Positions 58,194 to 64,000 of a DNA stretch of 64,000 nucleotides are shown here, in pieces; positions within the stretch are counted from its first letter, which is position 1; each line of letters begins with the position of its first letter. Origin of the DNA: Nitrosopumilaceae archaeon (GTDB lineage Archaea; Thermoproteota; Nitrososphaeria; Nitrososphaerales; Nitrosopumilaceae); assembly GCA_965203465.1 (NCBI GenBank), contig CBDBCR010000003.1:832001-896000 (forward strand), given 5' to 3'. The translations under genes were made by a program, and so were the position numbers. The notes under the pieces are model-generated. The model did not search any database. It had not been told where the DNA came from and worked only from the letters and a program-made list of their open reading frames with translations.

Positions 58194-58256
58194 GCAGGGT
58201 GATGAGCGGGTCTGCCGAACGCCTGTGTGGAGAGACGACCTGGGGTATCTGACTGC
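58194..58256 (+). ncRNA. C/D-box guide sRNA
   Basis: GCAG/CTGC terminal stem, C box GTGATGA, D' CCGA, C'-like TGGAGA, D box CTGA; TTTTAAA about 25 nt upstream. Confidence 0.75.
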
Positions 58257-58290
58257 ATGGATTATATAGTACCGTACCGTACCTTGTGGC

Positions 58291-58389
58291 ATGATGAAGT
58301 GCGGACACTGCTCCAAGAACTTTGCTGCCACCGGCACGGGCCTGCTCGAAAGGACCGTCCACGAGCTTGCGTACCACGCCCAGAACTGA
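58291..58389 (+). CDS. 32-aa C2H2-type zinc-finger microprotein
   Basis: MMKCGHCSKNFAATGTGLLERTVHELAYHAQN; TTATATA about 26 nt upstream; T-rich tract after the stop. Confidence 0.65.
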   Translation: MMKCGHCSKNFAATGTGLLERTVHELAYHAQN

Positions 58390-58441
58390 AACCCCTTTTC
58401 TCTTTTTTGAGCTTTAATAGCCAGTCGGCGACGGCAGTGGC

Positions 58442-59839
58442 ATGGCAGCTGCCAGAAAGGCAAAGCCGGCGGCCGGCAAAACCGCCGCAAAGAAACCGGC
58501 CGGCAAAAAATCCGTCGCGAAAAAGGCGCCCGCAAAGCCGACGGTAAAGGCCGCCAAACCGGCCGGCAAAAAGGCGCTGGCCAGGCGCGAGCCGACGCAG
58601 GCCGCGATGATAAAAAAGGTGGCCGCCGTCTCGGACGCTACAAAGTCTCTTTCTGGCGAGGTAAAGTCGATCGGCAGGATATTTTCGGACAACCAGAAGA
58701 TCATGGTGTCCATAAAGTCCGTAATAGACTCGGTTGCCTCCTCCCTAGAGGAGATCCACAGGCAGTCGAGGCAGATCAACATGCTCGAAGAGGACACCAA
58801 AAAGATCTTCGCCGGCCTCAACCAAGCGAGGGACAGATCCGCCTCGGTGGCCCGCCTCGAGGCGCAGGCGGCGGCCATGAAGGAGGCCATGGCCAGGATC
58901 GAAAAGTCCGCGCCCGGCGCCGACTTGGCAAAGCAGGTGGGCGACAGCGTCGATTCCATACGCAACAACTCGCACATGATCATAAAGATAGCCCAGCGCG
59001 TCGACGAGGTGCGCGAGCAGCTCAGGGAGGTCTCCGGAAAGGCCGAGGCCGTGGGCCGCGCGATCCCGGAGCTCGAAGCGATAAGGGCGCGCGTGGACGA
59101 GGCCGCCTCCAAGGCGGGCGAGCCGCCGGCCGGGATGGCGGAGCTGCGAGCTGAGCTGGAAAAGGTGGCCGCGGGCGGGGCCGGCCGGCTCGGCGCCGAG
59201 ATGGAGCGCATCGGCTCGGCCATATCGGAGATATCCGAAAAGGCGGACCGCATGGCCGGCCTCGAGGTGGTCGTCAACGGGCTGAAGAGGCAGTTCGACG
59301 AGATCGCCGCAAGAGCCGATCCGGCCGGCGCGCTCTCGGCCGAGATGGAATCACTAAAGTCGAAGATGGACGAGCTGGTCCGCGGCGCCCCAGAGGTGGC
59401 CGCCGTGCGCACCGAGGTCTCGTCGCTGCGCGGCGAGCTCGCCGAGCGGGCCGGCGCCATCGAGACCAGGCTGGCAGAGATAGGGGGGCGCGCCTCGGAG
59501 GACGCGGGGAACCTGATGAGGCTATCCGAGATTCAGTCGCGCGTCAGGATGGCCTCGGAGTCAAAGTACGGCGGGCCCGAGGAGATATCGCGCATGTGCT
59601 CCTGCCTTGCCGAGATGGGCCGGTTGCCCGGCGGCGGGCCCGAGGAGGCGCAGCGCTGGGCAGTCGCCAAGATAATGGACTGCGCGGACAAGTGGGAGGT
59701 GCGCCTGGCAGAGGTGATGGAAAAGCTGCGCGGGGCCGCCGGCGACGAAAAGGTGGCGGGGCTGGTCCGGATGCAGCAGGTCAGGGAGATCTACGGCACG
59801 CGCGGGGCAGATCAGGTAAAGGCGGACCTGGGGCTGTAG
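58442..59839 (+). CDS. Long coiled-coil protein with Lys/Ala/Pro-rich N-terminal tail
   Basis: AAKKPAGKK-type repeats followed by heptad-rich helices. Confidence 0.75.
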   Translation: MAAARKAKPAAGKTAAKKPAGKKSVAKKAPAKPTVKAAKPAGKKALARREPTQAAMIKKVAAVSDATKSLSGEVKSIGRIFSDNQKIMVSIKSVIDSVASSLEEIHRQSRQINMLEEDTKKIFAGLNQARDRSASVARLEAQAAAMKEAMARIEKSAPGADLAKQVGDSVDSIRNNSHMIIKIAQRVDEVREQLREVSGKAEAVGRAIPELEAIRARVDEAASKAGEPPAGMAELRAELEKVAAGGAGRLGAEMERIGSAISEISEKADRMAGLEVVVNGLKRQFDEIAARADPAGALSAEMESLKSKMDELVRGAPEVAAVRTEVSSLRGELAERAGAIETRLAEIGGRASEDAGNLMRLSEIQSRVRMASESKYGGPEEISRMCSCLAEMGRLPGGGPEEAQRWAVAKIMDCADKWEVRLAEVMEKLRGAAGDEKVAGLVRMQQVREIYGTRGADQVKADLGL

Positions 59840-59945
59840 GCAGCGCGGCGCAGGAAAAGGCCGTGCGTGCGCGGCCGGACGCAGGCTTTGGGCCGGAACC
59901 CGCCGATTTGCGCGACGGTTCCGATCTGTTCGGAGGCCTTGACCG

Positions 59946-60796
59946 TTGAGTAGCGATGGGCGATCGCGTGATCGCCCACCCTATACCACCGAATCATTAT
60001 TCATTGATATTGTATTTATACTCAAAAGCGCGCCGCGTGGCGAATTGAAAATAAGAATCGGCGATCAGGAGATCGGCGAAGAACTGCAAGAAAAAATGAA
60101 CGCGATCGTAAGCGGGTTTTTGGGAGCAGAATCTAGAGTCACGGAGATCGCTCCCCCCAGTCAGGCAGATCACGCTACGGGAATCAGTATCCCTCACTGT
60201 GAACGGCGAGAGGCACATCTCGGTAAAGCTGGCGTATGGCGGGGCGCAAGAGATCAGGTGGGAGGTGTTTCATGCCCACATGAGAAATCTTTTAGGGCTG
60301 CCGCACTACAAACTGGAAAGGTATGGAATACATAATTATGGACTGGGGGATGGCCGGCAGGCGGCGAAGCATTGCAGAACTGTGCGTGCGCGCGGACGTA
60401 AGGAAAAGCCCGGCATCGCCGTTCCAGTTTGGGCAGGTCGTCGCCCAGGACATACTGTTTGCTGCGGGAGATAGAAAGAGGGACCATATCGTCTGGGATC
60501 TGGACAAGAAGGCGATGTTTTCCATAGATCACGAGATGCCGGCGGAAGATATGGAAGAAATCGTCATGTTTTTTCGTAACGAGTTGGGGTATGTCTATGG
60601 AGAAAACTGGCACCCTGGCTCCAAGCACCAGAACGCGTTCAGGGACGCGTTTAACGGAGTGTGGGAAAAGGCGCACGACGGCAAGGCAGAGATTCTAAAG
60701 CGCTACAGAGAAGAGGCGCTGGAAGAGTTCGGGGACGGGTTCTCCGAGCGGATTTCTAGCGGGAGCGAAGGTTTCCTGCAGGACGTGGTGTTTTGA
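59946..60796 (+). pseudogene. HipA-like / PI3-PI4-kinase-fold protein, frameshifted
   Basis: VK...E..E......LLGLP in one frame; DILF..GDRKRDHI and SIDHE in another; 5' end uncertain. Confidence 0.55.
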
Positions 60797-61951
60797 TCAT
60801 GCGGTAGGTTATAGTCCTTGGCGGGTTCTCCACGTACGAGACATAGACCGGCCGGCCCGTCATGCTGCGGCTGACGACATGCTTGAGTTCGGCGTCGTCC
60901 AAGCTTTTCATTAAAAGCCAGTCAAGCTGGCCCTCGTCTACGAATATTCTGTACTCTGGCAACTGCCGTATCTGTTCAGACGCTAGCCAGATCTGCTCGC
61001 CGGGGGACGAGAATTTGATATAGGCTATCTCGCCGCTCTTTCTGTACTCTAGAATGCGATCTATCAGATCGTCGCCAGAAATCGCCCTCTCGTATCCGTT
61101 TTCCGAGCCCACTACATCCAGCACGTCAAGATAGAAGTCGTCCGTCGCGGAGGACAGAGCGCGCGTTTTTTCCGAGAACTGGGCCCTCCAGTCATCGACG
61201 CGGCCGCTGTACGCGTCATCGTGCTCCATGATGCGCGCCCCGCATGCAAATGCGTCCCACACTTGCCGGCTCATGTCCGCCGCTTTTTTCACCAACTGCG
61301 CGTATCCTTTCTTGTCGCCCTTCCCCGCCCACTTGAGCGCCCTCCGGCAGGCCTTCTCGAAGTCAGAGTAAGGCCGTTTGAAATCCCGGAACAAGGGGAC
61401 GGCGGGGAACGACATCGTCGCGTCGCGCAGCGCTTCTGTCAGAAGCGCGGCTTGATCCGAGTCCACGCGTCCCCGCGCGGCCTCGTCGCCGTGCGCCTCC
61501 AGAACCGGCATGAAATCCAGCTTGAATTTCGGGTAAAAGGGCGTAGGGGCGTATCGCTCGTACTGGGCCCGCATTTCTGGATCCACGGAGAACGGGCGCA
61601 TGTTTCTTACGATCCGCTGGAGGTGCGTCCGGGCCTCTTGGATGCCGGCATCGTGCTCGACTAGGCGCCCGCGCCCCAGCTTGAACACCGAATAGCGGCC
61701 GTGGCCTTCCTCAACCACCGCGCCTCCGGACTGCAGGTCATCAAGGCCCTGGCCACATGTTCCGAAAAAGGCCCGGCCTTGAACCAATAGTACGGCAGGC
61801 TCTCCCCGACCCGATGGCCTTCCGGAAGGCTGCGCTTGAGCTCGTACAGCACCTTCTGCACGCCCGTCCTGGTGAGCCCCTTGCCGCCGCTTCTGTACTC
61901 TAGCGAGAGCCTGATCATCTCCATTACCACGTCTTGGCCGTCGGTCTCCAC
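60756..61951 (-). pseudogene. Protein with N-terminal SocA/Panacea-like wHTH, frameshift near 61751
   Basis: TRTGVQKVLY...YYWFKAGPFSEHV continues as QGLDDL in another frame. Confidence 0.55.
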
Positions 61952-62003
61952 GCCCCTGTGTGGCGCGCCGCTCGCCTTAAGTTTTTGCTGGGGCGCGCCC
62001 GGC

Positions 62004-64000
62004 TCAGACATCCACGCTCGCCATCTGGTCCTTTTTGCGCTTCAGCACCGCAAAGACCCCGATTATGGCAGACACCCACAAGACTGCCAGCAGCATGCTC
62101 ATCAGGCTCGCGTACATGTAGGGTATGGCGTCGCTGAGGTTGTTGCGCAGCTCGGCGGCCTGGTTGTCCACGTTGAGCATGGCCGTGTTGTACGCGGAGC
62201 TGTCCTGCGGCACCGCCGCCACCTGACCGACGTACTCGGACATCTGCTCCAGCTCGCCCTGGATGCGGCCAAAGTCGGTGTCCGCGGTCGGGAACAGCCA
62301 GACGGGGTTGCCCTCCGCGGGCAGGTGGGCCCGCGCCTCTGCGATGTGCGAGAGTATGCTGTCGGTGTCGGCCGAGCCGATTATGGCGGACATGTTGCCG
62401 CGCGCAAGATCGATGGGGTACACGGTGCTAGAATACCCGGCGAACGCGAGGTAGCCGCCGGCCCCGATTATGACCAGTATCGCCCCCACGGCCACCCGGT
62501 ACCAGTTGTTCGCCACGCGCTCCTGCCTCGTGCGCGGCCTTGGCGGCCCCGATTTATTCCTTTTAGAGTGCGACAGGCTCAGGTAGGACACCAGTATGAA
62601 GCCGGCCGCCTGCACAGCTATGATGGGCGCAAAGACGGGGTGGCCCCCCAGCAAGGCTATCATCACGCCGCCTACCCCGTATATGGCGAAGAACACCTCC
62701 AGCAGGGTCGTCTTTGTGAACGGCAGGTTGTAGGCCTTGTCCTTCCAGTCGTCGGTGTTGGAGACGATGCCGTACTTTGGCGTGCGGAGGAACTCGTTCT
62801 TTTTGCCGAACAGCGCGTCGAAGACGGCCACCGTGTTGGTCACCGACATGCCGGCGTTGTACACCAGCAGGTAGGGCACCCCCTTGGCCTTGGACTTCCA
62901 CGACGAGGCGTACATGCGCCTCATGATAACCAGGAACGCGGCCGGGCCCATGGCGAGGTACGCCGCGATGGTCAGGGCCGGAAGCGAGCTTGCGATGTAC
63001 AGGTCCACGTCCGAGGCGAGCAGGACCGGCAGCGCCAGAAACTGCACCAGCATGAGCGGGTACACCGAGTGGCGAGTCAGCTGTATGAACGCCTGCAGCT
63101 TTGCCTCGAGGGCCACGGTGCGCCGCGCGGCGATGCCGCCGAGCAGCTTTGCGGCGCACTGTATCGATCCCTTGGCCCACCTGAACTGCTGCCTCTTTGC
63201 CGCGTTCATCTGCACGGGCAGCTCGGCGTCGACCACGATGTCGGGCAGAAAGACGCACTTCCAGCCGCGCATCTGGGCCCTGTAGCTCAGGTCCAGGTCC
63301 TCTACCAGCGTGGCCGTGTGCCAGCCCCCCGAATCCTCGATGCACTCGCGCCTCCATATGCCGGCGGTGCCGTTGAAGTTCATGAACAGGTGCGAGTTGC
63401 TCTTTGCCTTCTGCTCTATCAAAAAGTGTATGTCGAGGCTGAGCGCCTGCGCCTGCGTTATGGCCGAGTAGTTTTCGTTTACGTGGCCCCACCTGCACTG
63501 CACCAGCCCGATGCCCCCCTCGGCGAAGTGCGGCACGGCCCGGCGCAGGAACCAGGGGGGCGGGATAAAGTCGGCGTCGAATATGGCCACGAACTCGGTG
63601 TCCGTGGTCTCCATGGCGTGCTTTAGGGCGCCGGCCTTGTAGCCCGAGCGGGTGCCGCGCCGCACGTGCTGTATGTCGAAGCCCTCCCCGCGGTACTTGG
63701 CGACCCGCCCGCGCATCAGCTCGGCGGTCTCGTCGTCCGAGTCGTCCAATACCATTATGCGCAGCTTTTGGCGCGGATAGTCCATGGCGCAGACCGCGTC
63801 GACCAGCCGGGCCGCCACGTACCTTTCGTTGTATATGGGAAGCTGCACCGTTATGGACGGCTCGCCAAGGTCGGCCGTGGCCGGCGCGGCCCGCCTGCGG
63901 CCGGACAGGAACACCAGGTAGTACAGGTTGCACGTGTACATAGTGATGAGTATGGCGCAGGTAAGAAAGACCCCCAGCACCAGCGCCAGGAACGGGTTGA
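62004..64000 (-). CDS. Processive GT2 glycosyltransferase (cellulose-synthase-like); 5' end at or beyond the window edge
   Basis: QLPIYNE, DDSDD, GYKAGAL, FDADF, TLVED.DL, QQFRW. Confidence 0.92.
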   Translation of the reverse strand, partial: NPFLALVLGVFLTCAILITMYTCNLYYLVFLSGRRRAAPATADLGEPSITVQLPIYNERYVAARLVDAVCAMDYPRQKLRIMVLDDSDDETAELMRGRVAKYRGEGFDIQHVRRGTRSGYKAGALKHAMETTDTEFVAIFDADFIPPPWFLRRAVPHFAEGGIGLVQCRWGHVNENYSAITQAQALSLDIHFLIEQKAKSNSHLFMNFNGTAGIWRRECIEDSGGWHTATLVEDLDLSYRAQMRGWKCVFLPDIVVDAELPVQMNAAKRQQFRWAKGSIQCAAKLLGGIAARRTVALEAKLQAFIQLTRHSVYPLMLVQFLALPVLLASDVDLYIASSLPALTIAAYLAMGPAAFLVIMRRMYASSWKSKAKGVPYLLVYNAGMSVTNTVAVFDALFGKKNEFLRTPKYGIVSNTDDWKDKAYNLPFTKTTLLEVFFAIYGVGGVMIALLGGHPVFAPIIAVQAAGFILVSYLSLSHSKRNKSGPPRPRTRQERVANNWYRVAVGAILVIIGAGGYLAFAGYSSTVYPIDLARGNMSAIIGSADTDSILSHIAEARAHLPAEGNPVWLFPTADTDFGRIQGELEQMSEYVGQVAAVPQDSSAYNTAMLNVDNQAAELRNNLSDAIPYMYASLMSMLLAVLWVSAIIGVFAVLKRKKDQMASVDV

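Overview
A high-GC genome segment of an ammonia-oxidising archaeon (Nitrososphaerota/Thaumarchaeota, Nitrosopumilaceae-like). The basis is 4-hydroxybutyryl-CoA dehydratase, a crotonase, LysW/LysX, TFB, Gar1, SRP19, rpS8e, rpL10e, EndA, and TATA boxes about 26 nt upstream of start codons. A host-associated (Cenarchaeum-like) lifestyle is inferred from the GC content and a 3,000-aa surface protein. Intact core genes alternate with lower-GC accessory islands: (1) DNA-phosphorothioation dndB-dndC divergent from an AIPR gene; (2) a broken ABC-ATPase plus DUF3037; (3) an unassigned two-gene pair with a PD-(D/E)xK-like motif; (4) three co-oriented toxin-antitoxin modules separated by copies of an ~85-bp imperfect palindrome, resembling a gene-cassette array; (5) a tRNA-Glu-adjacent island (ATPase plus TOPRIM-like gene, ClpP-like protease, IS630) bracketed by a second 84-bp palindromic repeat; (6) a HipA-like kinase and a SocA/Panacea-like gene. 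The ORF track misses a C/D-box sRNA, a 44-aa metallothionein-like protein, a 32-aa zinc finger, LysW, a 50-aa antitoxin and two tRNAs. Poly-G tracts follow the predicted start codons of dndB and the giant surface protein (possible phase variation). The frameshifts I found fall only in accessory genes. All calls come from reading motifs by eye; no searches were run.
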